A DNA stretch of 56,374 nucleotides from a virus (Duplodnaviria > Caudoviricetes): IMG/VR virus record IMGVR_UViG_3300033273_000167, positions 1-56,374 of that record. One strand, written 5' to 3'. Each line of letters opens with the position of its first letter. Position 1 is the first letter of the stretch. Below the pieces are notes generated by a model. The model had not been told where the DNA came from. It made no database searches and saw only the letters and a list, made by a program, of their open reading frames with translations. Positions 29,135 through 38,403 of the stretch are shown piece after piece. The translations under genes were made by a program, and so were the position numbers.

Positions 29135-31635
29135 TGCGATTCTATACAAACGTTCAAATGGTCGGGGATCACTTCTTGGTCCGTGGGTATGAAAATGGTC
29201 GTCATTTTGCAACCCGTGAGAAGTTTTACCCGACTCTTTTCGTGCCTTCAAACAAAAAGTCAAAGTATAAAACTCTTGAAGGTGAATACGTTGAATCAGT
29301 AGAACCTGGCACCGTTCGTGATTGTAGGGATTTTATCAAGAAGTACGAGGGTGTAGAGAACTTCAAGATCTACGGCAATGACCGATACATCTATCAGTAT
29401 ATTTCTGAGATGTATCCTGAAGAAGAGATCAAGTTTGATACCAGTAAGATTAAGATTGCCACAATTGATATTGAGGTTGCATCGGAGAATGGATTCCCTG
29501 ATGTAGAATCTGCTGCCGAAGAAGTCCTTTTGATTACGGTGCAGGACTATGCAACCAAACAGATCAGAACTTGGGGTCTGGGACCTTTTGATAATAAACA
29601 AAAGAATGTCATCTACAAAGGATTCAGAACTGAGTATGAACTTCTGAATGACTTTATCAACTGGTGGATGATTGAAGAGAATACTCCAGAAGTTATCACT
29701 GGTTGGAACAGTGAACTATACGATATTCCATATTTGGTTCGTCGTATTGATCGTATTCTCGGTGAAAAGTTGATGAAACGTATGTCGCCATGGGGTTTGG
29801 TGACAGAAAGAGAGGCAATCATTATGGGAAGAAAACACATTTCTTATGATATTGGAGGTGTCACGCAACTAGATTACCTAAATCTTTATAAGAAGTTCAC
29901 TTATAAAGCGCAAGAATCCTATCGTTTGGATTACATTGCGAGTGTGGAACTTGGGCAAAAGAAACTCGATCACTCTGAGTTTGATACGTTCAAAGATTTC
30001 TATACTAACGGGTGGCAGAAGTTTGTAGAATATAACATTATTGACGTGGAACTTGTTGACCGTATGGAAGACAAGATGAAACTGATTGAACTTGCAATTA
30101 CTATGGCATATGATGCCAAAGTAAACTATAATGATGTGTTCTTTCAGGTTCGTATGTGGGATGCGATCATTTATAATTATCTCAAAAAAAGAGATATTGT
30201 GATTCCGCCCAAGGAACGTTCTGACAAAGATTCAAAGTATGCAGGTGCTTATGTCAAGGAACCGATTCCGGGAAAGTATGATTGGGTGGTCAGTTTTGAC
30301 CTTAATAGTCTGTATCCTCATCTTATTATGCAATATAATATTTCCCCGGAGACACTTCAGGATACCAGACACCCAACTGCCACAGTTGATAAGATACTTA
30401 ATGAAGAACTAACCTTTGAGATGTATAAGGACAATGCGGTATGTGCCAATGGTGCCATGTACCGGAAGGATGTCCGTGGGTTCTTGCCAGAACTGATGGA
30501 AAAGATCTACAAGGATCGAACCATCTACAAAAAGAAGATGCTTGCTGCGAAACAAGACTATGAAAAGACTCCAACTAAGGCACTGGAGAAAGAGATTGCA
30601 CGATGCAACAATATTCAGATGGCTCGCAAGATTCAACTCAACTCTGCATATGGTGCTATTGGTAATCAATATTTCCGTTACTACAAACTGGCCAATGCGG
30701 AAGCGATTACGCTTTCTGGTCAAGTCTCTATCCGTTGGATTGAGAATAAGATGAATGGATTTCTAAATAAGATTTTGCAAACGGATGGTGAGGATTATGT
30801 CATCGCATCTGACACTGATTCAATCTATCTTAATATGGGACCTCTTGTTGATAAATTTCTTAGTAATAAGTCTGGCGATAAAACAGCAGTTGTTGCGTTA
30901 CTTGATAAGATCTGTCAGGACAAGTTGGAACCATTCATCGAACAGTCTTATACGGAACTTGCGAATTACGTTCAGGCATATGAACAAAAAATGATTATGA
31001 AACGTGAGAACATCGCAGAACGTGGTATCTGGACTGCAAAGAAACGATATATTCTCAACGTATGGAACAGTGAAGGAGTTCAGTACAATGAACCCAAACT
31101 AAAGATGATGGGTATTGAGGCAGTCAAATCATCTACCCCGGCACCTTGTCGTCAGATGATTAAGGATGGTCTCAAACTGATGATGAATGGAACGGAAGAA
31201 GATGTGATTAACTTCATTGATGAATCCCGTAAGAAGTTCAAGCAACTTCCACCGGAGGAGATTGCCTTTCCCCGATCTGTGTCTGATGTTGTGAAATATA
31301 GGTCACCATCGGATATCTATGTGAAGGGAACTCCTATTCATTGCCGTGGTGCACTTCTCTTCAATCACTATATTAAGGAGAATAAACTAACCAATAAATA
31401 CTCACTTATCAATAATGGTGAGAAAATCAAGTTCATTTATCTGAAGAAACCTAATACCATTCAAGAGAATGTGATCTCTTTTATTCAGGATTTTCCAACA
31501 GAACTGAATCTTGACAAATACATCGACTATGACCTACAATTTGAAAAGAGTTTTGTAGAACCACTCAAAGCAATCCTTGATGCCATTGGGTGGAATGTTG
31601 AGAAAACTGTAAACCTTGAACTATTTTTCGCATAA
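29134..31635 (+). CDS. gp43: Family B DNA polymerase
   Basis: DIE exonuclease motif, SFDLNSLYP, KIQLNSAYG, SDTDS; uninterrupted. Confidence 0.99.
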   Translation: MRFYTNVQMVGDHFLVRGYENGRHFATREKFYPTLFVPSNKKSKYKTLEGEYVESVEPGTVRDCRDFIKKYEGVENFKIYGNDRYIYQYISEMYPEEEIKFDTSKIKIATIDIEVASENGFPDVESAAEEVLLITVQDYATKQIRTWGLGPFDNKQKNVIYKGFRTEYELLNDFINWWMIEENTPEVITGWNSELYDIPYLVRRIDRILGEKLMKRMSPWGLVTEREAIIMGRKHISYDIGGVTQLDYLNLYKKFTYKAQESYRLDYIASVELGQKKLDHSEFDTFKDFYTNGWQKFVEYNIIDVELVDRMEDKMKLIELAITMAYDAKVNYNDVFFQVRMWDAIIYNYLKKRDIVIPPKERSDKDSKYAGAYVKEPIPGKYDWVVSFDLNSLYPHLIMQYNISPETLQDTRHPTATVDKILNEELTFEMYKDNAVCANGAMYRKDVRGFLPELMEKIYKDRTIYKKKMLAAKQDYEKTPTKALEKEIARCNNIQMARKIQLNSAYGAIGNQYFRYYKLANAEAITLSGQVSIRWIENKMNGFLNKILQTDGEDYVIASDTDSIYLNMGPLVDKFLSNKSGDKTAVVALLDKICQDKLEPFIEQSYTELANYVQAYEQKMIMKRENIAERGIWTAKKRYILNVWNSEGVQYNEPKLKMMGIEAVKSSTPAPCRQMIKDGLKLMMNGTEEDVINFIDESRKKFKQLPPEEIAFPRSVSDVVKYRSPSDIYVKGTPIHCRGALLFNHYIKENKLTNKYSLINNGEKIKFIYLKKPNTIQENVISFIQDFPTELNLDKYIDYDLQFEKSFVEPLKAILDAIGWNVEKTVNLELFFA

Positions 31636-32642
31636 TGGATTTTCTAAAAGATATTGTAAAAGAGATCGGAGATGACTACACAAAACTCGCAGCAGACATC
31701 GACGAAACTGAAACTTTTGTTGACACAGGTTCGTACATTTTTAACGGACTTGTTTCAGGGTCTATATTTGGTGGTGTATCTGGGAATAAGATTACTGCCA
31801 TTGCTGGCGAGTCTAGTACTGGAAAAACTTTTTTCAGCCTTGCGGTCGTCAAGAATTTTCTTGATAGTAACCCTGATGGGTATTGTTTATATTTTGACAC
31901 TGAAGCCGCTGTTAACAAGTCTCTACTCGCAAGTCGTGGGATCGATCTTGAACGCACAGTTGTTGTCAATGTAGTTACTGTAGAGGAGTTTCGTAGTAAG
32001 GCACTTAAGGCAGTTGATATTTACCTCAAAAAACCTGAAGATGAACGCAAACCATGTATGTTTGTGCTAGACTCTCTGGGGATGCTTTCAACTGAGAAAG
32101 AGATTACTGATGCACTCAACGACAAACAAGTTCGGGACATGACAAAATCCCAACTTATCAAAGGTGCTTTCAGGATGCTTACTCTCAAGTTAGGTCAAGC
32201 AAACATTCCAATGATCGTTACGAATCATACCTACGATGTCATCGGTGCTTATGTTCCTACCAAAGAAATGGGTGGAGGAAGTGGTCTCAAGTATGCCGCA
32301 TCAACAATTATTCATCTTAGCAAAAAGAAAGAAAAGGATGGAACTGATATTGTCGGAAATCTTATCAAGGCAAAGACTGCTAAGTCACGTTTAAGTAGGG
32401 AGAACAAAGATGTTACGGTGCGTTTGTATTACGATGAGCGTGGTCTTGATCGATATTATGGTCTTCTTGAATTGGGAGAGGCTGCTGGGATGTGGAAAAA
32501 CGTTGCAGGTCGTTATGAAATGAATGGTAAAAAGGTCTATGCCAAACAGATTCTGAAAGAACCTGAAACCTATTTCACTGAAGAAGTAATGCAGCAACTT
32601 GATGCTGCCGCGAAACAAATTTTCTCCTATGGAACGAATTGA
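31635..32642 (+). CDS. uvsX: RecA-like recombinase UvsX
   Basis: GESSTGKT, FDTE, LDSLG, MGGGSGLKYAAS. Confidence 0.97.
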   Translation: MDFLKDIVKEIGDDYTKLAADIDETETFVDTGSYIFNGLVSGSIFGGVSGNKITAIAGESSTGKTFFSLAVVKNFLDSNPDGYCLYFDTEAAVNKSLLASRGIDLERTVVVNVVTVEEFRSKALKAVDIYLKKPEDERKPCMFVLDSLGMLSTEKEITDALNDKQVRDMTKSQLIKGAFRMLTLKLGQANIPMIVTNHTYDVIGAYVPTKEMGGGSGLKYAASTIIHLSKKKEKDGTDIVGNLIKAKTAKSRLSRENKDVTVRLYYDERGLDRYYGLLELGEAAGMWKNVAGRYEMNGKKVYAKQILKEPETYFTEEVMQQLDAAAKQIFSYGTN

Positions 32643-34002
32643 GACTACGATTCTCAAAAATTTAATATACAATGAGGAATATTCCCGCAAAGTTATTCCA
32701 TTTATTGAACCAACATATTTTGAACAAAGGAGTGAAAAAGTAATCTTTGAAGAGATTACTCAATTTATTGTCAAATACGGATCTGCGATCACAACTGAAG
32801 CACTAAATATTGAGGTTGAGAACAGAACTGATCTAAACGAGAGTGAAATCAAAGAGACGAGAGACATTTGTAACTCATTCACAGACTCTCCGGTAGATCA
32901 TCAATGGTTGCTAGACACCACTGAGAAGTGGTGTCGTGACCGTGCCATTTATTTGGCACTAATGGAAGCAATTGGCATTGCCGATGGACAAGACGAAAAG
33001 AAGAATCGTGATGCGATTCCTTCTATTCTTTCGGATGCTCTGGCAGTATCCTTTGACAATAATATTGGACACGATTACTTACTAAACTACGAAGAACGAT
33101 ATGACTTCTATCACAAGAAGGAAGACAAGATCCCGTTTGATCTCGAATACTTTAACAAAATCACGAAAGGTGGTTTACCTAACAAGACTCTTAACATCGC
33201 GCTTGCTGGTACGGGTGTCGGCAAGTCTCTATTCATGTGCCATGTCGCTAGCTCCGTGCTGCTCCAAGGACGGAACGTTCTCTATATTACAATGGAGATG
33301 GCAGAAGAGAAGATTGCTGAACGAATTGACGCAAACCTCCTGAATGTTCCTATTCAGGACTTGACAGAACTGCCTAAGTCTATGTTTGAAAACAAAGTGA
33401 CTAAGTTGGCGGCAAAAACACAAGGTTCTCTTATAATTAAAGAGTATCCTACTGCGAGTGCACATAGTGGACACTTTAAGGCACTTCTTAATGAACTTGC
33501 ACTTAAGAAGTCATTTAGACCTGATATTATTTTCATTGATTACCTTAATATATGTGCTTCCAGCAGGTATAAGTCAGGCATGTCTGTCAATTCATATAGC
33601 TATATTAAGGCTATTGCAGAAGAGCTTAGAGGGTTGGCTGTCGAAGCCGAGGTCCCTATCGTATCTGCCACCCAGACCACTCGTTCTGGTTATGGTAGCT
33701 CTGACGTTGACCTTACTGACACTAGTGAGTCCTTTGGTCTCCCTGCTACTGCTGATCTTATGTTTGCCCTTATTAGCACTGAGGAACTTGAACAACTTGG
33801 TCAGATAATGGTGAAGCAGTTGAAGAATCGATATAATGATCCGACAATGAATAAAAGATTTATTGTTGGTATTGATCGTGCCAAGATGCGTTTATATGAT
33901 TGTGAACAGTCCGCACAAAATGATATCCTTGACTCTGGGCAAGAAGAGGAGTATAATTACGAAGAGAAACCCAAAAAATCTTTTGAAGGGTTTAAATTCT
34001 AA
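32629..34002 (+). CDS. gp41: Replicative DnaB-like helicase
   Basis: AGTGVGKS, IDYLNI, SATQTTR, KQLKNRY. Confidence 0.97.
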   Translation: MERIETTILKNLIYNEEYSRKVIPFIEPTYFEQRSEKVIFEEITQFIVKYGSAITTEALNIEVENRTDLNESEIKETRDICNSFTDSPVDHQWLLDTTEKWCRDRAIYLALMEAIGIADGQDEKKNRDAIPSILSDALAVSFDNNIGHDYLLNYEERYDFYHKKEDKIPFDLEYFNKITKGGLPNKTLNIALAGTGVGKSLFMCHVASSVLLQGRNVLYITMEMAEEKIAERIDANLLNVPIQDLTELPKSMFENKVTKLAAKTQGSLIIKEYPTASAHSGHFKALLNELALKKSFRPDIIFIDYLNICASSRYKSGMSVNSYSYIKAIAEELRGLAVEAEVPIVSATQTTRSGYGSSDVDLTDTSESFGLPATADLMFALISTEELEQLGQIMVKQLKNRYNDPTMNKRFIVGIDRAKMRLYDCEQSAQNDILDSGQEEEYNYEEKPKKSFEGFKF

Positions 34003-34283
34003 TGAACGGTTACTTTTCTGTATTTGATCCCACTGGTAAGAAGATTGCCGATTGTGGTTCTCTTCGTGATGCTATCAATCTTGTCGGTATGAGAAATGCC
34101 AGATGGGACGGACATTACTATCAATTCAAACCAGTTTATAATACTATTGATGTCAACACTAAAAAATATTTTTCATCGGATGATATTGTCGTAAACATGG
34201 ACGGTGGTGTTGGTGGATCTTGGACCGTTGAAAGTCCTAAACCTGTACTAAATGAAAATCAACAACAATCTTTAGAACTATGA
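34002..34283 (+). CDS. Hypothetical protein
   Basis: 93 aa, coupled to gp41. Confidence 0.7.
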   Translation: MNGYFSVFDPTGKKIADCGSLRDAINLVGMRNARWDGHYYQFKPVYNTIDVNTKKYFSSDDIVVNMDGGVGGSWTVESPKPVLNENQQQSLEL

Positions 34284-34687
34284 GTAAAATTGATTTTGAA
34301 CGTTATGAAAAGTTTGTAGATGCCGTCACTTCTGATGCTTCTACTGACTTTGTAGCACTTTCTGATCGTCTTGTTGAACTGGATGAGAAGGGTGCAAACA
34401 TTGAACGTCTTCTTACTGCCGGTGTTGGACTTAATGCTGAAGGTGGAGAGTTCCTTGAAATTGTGAAGAAGATGATCTTCCAAGGTAAACCCTTCAATGA
34501 AGATAATCGTGAGCATATGATTATTGAACTTGGTGATTTGATGTGGTATGCTGCTCAGGCATGTATGGCACTTGAAGTTTCTTTCGATGAAGTGATTGCA
34601 CGTAATGTAAAGAAACTTGAGAAACGTTATCCTGGTGGATCTTTTGATGTATACTATTCTGAGAATCGTGCGGAGGGAGACCTGTGA
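34280..34687 (+). CDS. mazG: MazG-like NTP pyrophosphohydrolase
   Basis: EGGEFLEIVKK, ELGDLMWY, NVKKLEKRYP. Confidence 0.93.
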   Translation: MSKIDFERYEKFVDAVTSDASTDFVALSDRLVELDEKGANIERLLTAGVGLNAEGGEFLEIVKKMIFQGKPFNEDNREHMIIELGDLMWYAAQACMALEVSFDEVIARNVKKLEKRYPGGSFDVYYSENRAEGDL

Positions 34688-34872
34688 GTGAAGAAAAAAA
34701 AGTAACAGTAGAAATGTCTGTATATCAGGCAGCAGCAGTTCGTCAAGCACTGTTCATGGACACGAAAGATTATACATATGATACTAAGTCTGTGCCAGAA
34801 CGTGTTGCTCAAATTCGTGAAGCAATCGTTAGTATTGATGATCAACTTGAAGAAATTCTTAAAGAGGACTGA
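34684..34872 (+). CDS. Hypothetical protein
   Basis: 62 aa, GTGA coupling to mazG. Confidence 0.7.
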   Translation: MSEEKKVTVEMSVYQAAAVRQALFMDTKDYTYDTKSVPERVAQIREAIVSIDDQLEEILKED

Positions 34873-34884
34873 GGTCCTCCTCTC

Positions 34885-34957
34885 GGGGTTATAGCTCAAT
34901 TGGTAGAGCACCTGCTTTGCAAGCAGGGGGTTAGGGGTTCGAGTCCCCTTAACTCCA
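34885..34957 (+). tRNA. tRNA-Ala(UGC)
   Basis: GGGGTTA/TAACTCC acceptor stem with G3:U70, anticodon stem CCTGC/GCAGG with loop TT-TGC-AA, T-loop TTCGAGT. Confidence 0.95.
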
Positions 34958-34979
34958 TCTAAATACTTCAAAAAGTATT

Positions 34980-35531
34980 ATGGCATCGATTGCTGAAACT
35001 TTATTAGCTCTCAATGAAATTCTTCAGGACTATGATACTGAAGTAAAAAGTGCTGGACCTTTGGTTACAACTTTATTCGTTTTTTCAAAAGAGAGATCTG
35101 AAGCTAGAGAAAAAGTAAAAGCAGCATTTAAAAAAAGAAATATAGATGCACAACAAGTAAAAGTTCCAAAATCTACATTTGAAGGACTTAGAGTATCTGA
35201 AAGTGCTAGATCATATTTGAATATTGTATTCAAACCCAAGAAGGGTGGTGGATCTGGTGCTGGTGCAGCACTGACTAAAATGGCAGAGTCTGCTCAAGCA
35301 GTTCAATCTAGAAAGGAAAGGGAGAAAGAAAACCCACAACAACCTGAAGCACCTAAACCAGAACCACAGAGAACTGAACCAGTAGATACTAAACCAACAT
35401 CACAACCACAAGTAAAGCAGGAACCAGCACCAGTACCAAAACCAGAGGAAAAGAAAAAGAAAAAACCGCAGAGTGAATTGCAAAAAAGAATGTATGCTGC
35501 TGGAGAAAAATTAGGATTGTCCGATGAATAA
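34980..35531 (+). CDS. Chimeric/truncated paralogue of the downstream 446-aa protein
   Basis: The first ~108 aa align by eye with the 35595 ORF (VKSA, KV..AF.K, .KP.KG, T..ESAQ). The sequence then switches to a Pro/Gln/Lys low-complexity tail. Confidence 0.65.
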   Translation: MASIAETLLALNEILQDYDTEVKSAGPLVTTLFVFSKERSEAREKVKAAFKKRNIDAQQVKVPKSTFEGLRVSESARSYLNIVFKPKKGGGSGAGAALTKMAESAQAVQSRKEREKENPQQPEAPKPEPQRTEPVDTKPTSQPQVKQEPAPVPKPEEKKKKKPQSELQKRMYAAGEKLGLSDE

Positions 35532-35548
35532 AAAACAAGTTGATAATA

Positions 35549-35579
35549 GGGGTTACGAGTTCGAATCTCGTTAACTCCA
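35549..35579 (+). pseudogene. 3' fragment of a second tRNA-Ala-like gene
   Basis: GGGGTT-ACGAG-TTCGAAT-CTCGT-TAACTCCA: intact T-arm and the same acceptor 3' strand as tRNA-Ala 34885-34957; no 5' half upstream. Confidence 0.8.
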
Positions 35580-35594
35580 TAAATAAAAATAAAA

Positions 35595-36935
35595 ATGAAC
35601 TTTGGGGAAGAGGTTTATAGCATTGTAACTTCATTTAGAGATTTTGATGTTACAGTTAAATCTGCATCTTCTAAAAGCACCACTCTTATTGTGAAGGGTC
35701 CCGATCGGGCATCGATGCAAAAGAAGGTTGAAGATGCATTTAGAAAATCTAGAATACCTAATAATAAAATCACGAGGCAAAAAGTAGGAGCATCCTCTTT
35801 TCCTGCTACGGTTGTAAATTTGACCAATGATAAAATGGTCATTCTTTATAAACCAGTCAGAAAAGGTGCGGACAGAGGAGCACTACAAACTAGAAATGTT
35901 GAGTCTGCACAATGTTTATACGCGGCATTAGCTTTCCGTTCTCTGGGTAGAAAAATAAAAGTAGAGGATGTATCAACATCAAATTTTGAAAGATGTAAAA
36001 ACTTTATTGATGTTGATGCCAAGTTTGAAGATATGTTGAACATCTCTGAGGATTGGATCAACTCCTCAATTCAAGGTGCAAATGAGTTATACTCTCAAGT
36101 TGATAAAAATATAAATTGGACATTTCATAGGGGTAGTAAAAAAGTTGCTATTATTGAATCTAAGTTGAAAGAGTTGAATAGAAAAGAAAAACTATTCAGT
36201 AATATCAATAAGTGGAGTCCTGCCGATTTTTACCTCGTATCTAATACGATGTCTGAAGCAGATTGGAAAATGTTGAAAGAAGCATCAACAATAAAAGGAT
36301 TGAATCAGTTGATGGTAAATCTTATTAATGATAAAAAATTAATAGGAGTTTCTCTTAAAAAAATATCAAAAACTGCTAAACCATTCAAGTATTATAATCT
36401 CACTAAAGATAGGAATGCCGGTGATATTCAATATGTAAAAACCATTGTATTCAAAAAGGCAGATAATCCATTGAGTGCTATGGATACTTTTACTATCTGG
36501 AAGCCTGGTGGTAAGTTTGAAATTCAATGGAGATCTGATTCTGGTGGACCATCAGGATGGAAAGGTGAGATTCAGGGAAGTTCTGCCAATCAGGGAAAAA
36601 TTTCTTTTGGACCTCTAAACAAAATGTTGAAATCTATGGGTCTTCCAGAAATACCTAATTATACAAATAGTCCAAAATTGAATGATGAAAAACTCATTCG
36701 GGAAATATACAATGATATTCAGAGTATTCAAAAAATGAATATGACTGAAGATGAGTTTCTTGCTCAAGTAAAACTTAAGGATGATAAGTGGAAGTATGCT
36801 AAATTTACTGGAGTTAAATTTGCGAAGATACTTGAATCTCAACCAAAGAAGGTTCAAGATAAAATAGTTCAAGAAATGTATTTTTATGCCAACTCACAAT
36901 CACCAGACTCCGGACCTTATGGTAAAATAGAGTGA
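35595..36935 (+). CDS. Putative PD-(D/E)XK-like nuclease
   Basis: ESAQC helix, NKWSPADFYLV and LIGVSLKK fit an E...PD...(S)xK variant active site; basic protein. Confidence 0.55.
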   Translation: MNFGEEVYSIVTSFRDFDVTVKSASSKSTTLIVKGPDRASMQKKVEDAFRKSRIPNNKITRQKVGASSFPATVVNLTNDKMVILYKPVRKGADRGALQTRNVESAQCLYAALAFRSLGRKIKVEDVSTSNFERCKNFIDVDAKFEDMLNISEDWINSSIQGANELYSQVDKNINWTFHRGSKKVAIIESKLKELNRKEKLFSNINKWSPADFYLVSNTMSEADWKMLKEASTIKGLNQLMVNLINDKKLIGVSLKKISKTAKPFKYYNLTKDRNAGDIQYVKTIVFKKADNPLSAMDTFTIWKPGGKFEIQWRSDSGGPSGWKGEIQGSSANQGKISFGPLNKMLKSMGLPEIPNYTNSPKLNDEKLIREIYNDIQSIQKMNMTEDEFLAQVKLKDDKWKYAKFTGVKFAKILESQPKKVQDKIVQEMYFYANSQSPDSGPYGKIE

Positions 36936-37159
36936 TGAACCCACAAATTGACGAACTATTACAGTCCTTTGAGACCGACTCAAAGACACCGAAAAGGAAG
37001 TATAATGATTTCCTGGCACACGTTTACACCACCTTTGACAAGCACATCTCATTATGCAAGTCAGATAAGATGATGAATAAATATAAGAAAATGAGGAATA
37101 GTGTCCTTAGTTACATCGTTGCAAACGAAAAATCTATAATTAAAAAACTGAGTAAGTAA
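36932..37159 (+). CDS. Hypothetical protein
   Basis: 75 aa, coupled at both ends. Confidence 0.7.
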   Translation: MMNPQIDELLQSFETDSKTPKRKYNDFLAHVYTTFDKHISLCKSDKMMNKYKKMRNSVLSYIVANEKSIIKKLSK

Positions 37160-38385
37160 TGAAGAGCTTCTTCCAATTTTTATCCGAGTCCACCGCAGTT
37201 CAGCAGGCAGCACGTCTGGGACTGAAGAGTGATGGTCATGGTGGATGGTATGATAAAAATGGTGAGTTTGTTGCAAAGACTGAGAAAGGTAGATTAAAGT
37301 TTTATAATAAGCGTCAAAGAATTGGCAGACAGGATCCTCCACAATCCGATAAAGAAAAGAATCTTTCTGCAACTTCATACGAAAAGCAAACATCACAAGA
37401 ACCTGCACCAGAACAACCCGCAGCACAACAGCAACAGACACCTGCTCAACAGGGACCACCCCCAGTAGAAAAAACTAAGGGAACACTTACTATTGCATTT
37501 GGTCGATTTAATCCACCAACAACTGGACACGAAAAACTTTTGGATACGGTAGCATCAAATTCTGATGATGGTGACTATATTATTATCCCATCACGCAGTC
37601 AGGATAAGAAGAAGAATCCATTGGATCCTGATACAAAAGTATCGGTCATGCGTCAGATGTTCCCTCAGCACGGGGAGAGAATTGTTAATGATCCTCAGAA
37701 CAGAACTATTTTTGATGTTCTAAAGAAGGCGCATATGGATGGATATGCAGGTGTTCGTATCGTCGGTGGTGGTGATCGTGTAGCAGAATTTGAGAAACTT
37801 TCTAATAACTATAATGGAAAACTTTATCAATTTGATAACTTGGAAGTCCTTTCTGCGGGTGATAGGGATCCTGATGGTGATGACGTTTCTGGCATGTCTG
37901 CATCCAAGCAAAGAAAGGCAGCAGTAGAAGGAGACTTTGCATCATTCCGCAAAGGTGTTCCATCAACTCTGAATAATAAGCAGGCAAGAGAACTTTATAA
38001 TAATCTTCGTGCCGCAATGCAAATTAAAGAGGGTTGGAATATGTGGGAGATTGCTCCCAAGTTTGATTGGAAAGGACTTCGTGAAAACTTTATTAGTGAT
38101 AAAATTTTTAGAGTCGGTGAACTTGTAGAAAATATTAATACCGGTCTTGTAGGAAAGATTATTCGTCGTGGAACTAATCATTTGATTTGTGTTACGGAAG
38201 ATAAGATAATGTTCAAGTCCTGGATTAAGGATGTATCAGAGGCAGTTACTAATAGTGATTCACCATCAGGTGTTCCTGCAGACCAGAGATTAGTTGGTAC
38301 TGATGCACATCGTAAATACGTTGAAAAATTAGTTCCTGGAAGTGAGCAGGGAAGGCAGTTTATAAATAAATATAGAAAAAAGTAA
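37159..38385 (+). CDS. Cytidylyltransferase-like (HxGH class) nucleotidyltransferase
   Basis: FGRFNPPTTGHEKL, KNPL, GGDR, GMSASK. Confidence 0.85.
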   Translation: MKSFFQFLSESTAVQQAARLGLKSDGHGGWYDKNGEFVAKTEKGRLKFYNKRQRIGRQDPPQSDKEKNLSATSYEKQTSQEPAPEQPAAQQQQTPAQQGPPPVEKTKGTLTIAFGRFNPPTTGHEKLLDTVASNSDDGDYIIIPSRSQDKKKNPLDPDTKVSVMRQMFPQHGERIVNDPQNRTIFDVLKKAHMDGYAGVRIVGGGDRVAEFEKLSNNYNGKLYQFDNLEVLSAGDRDPDGDDVSGMSASKQRKAAVEGDFASFRKGVPSTLNNKQARELYNNLRAAMQIKEGWNMWEIAPKFDWKGLRENFISDKIFRVGELVENINTGLVGKIIRRGTNHLICVTEDKIMFKSWIKDVSEAVTNSDSPSGVPADQRLVGTDAHRKYVEKLVPGSEQGRQFINKYRKK

Positions 38386-38403
38386 GAATTACTAGATCTT
38401 CCA

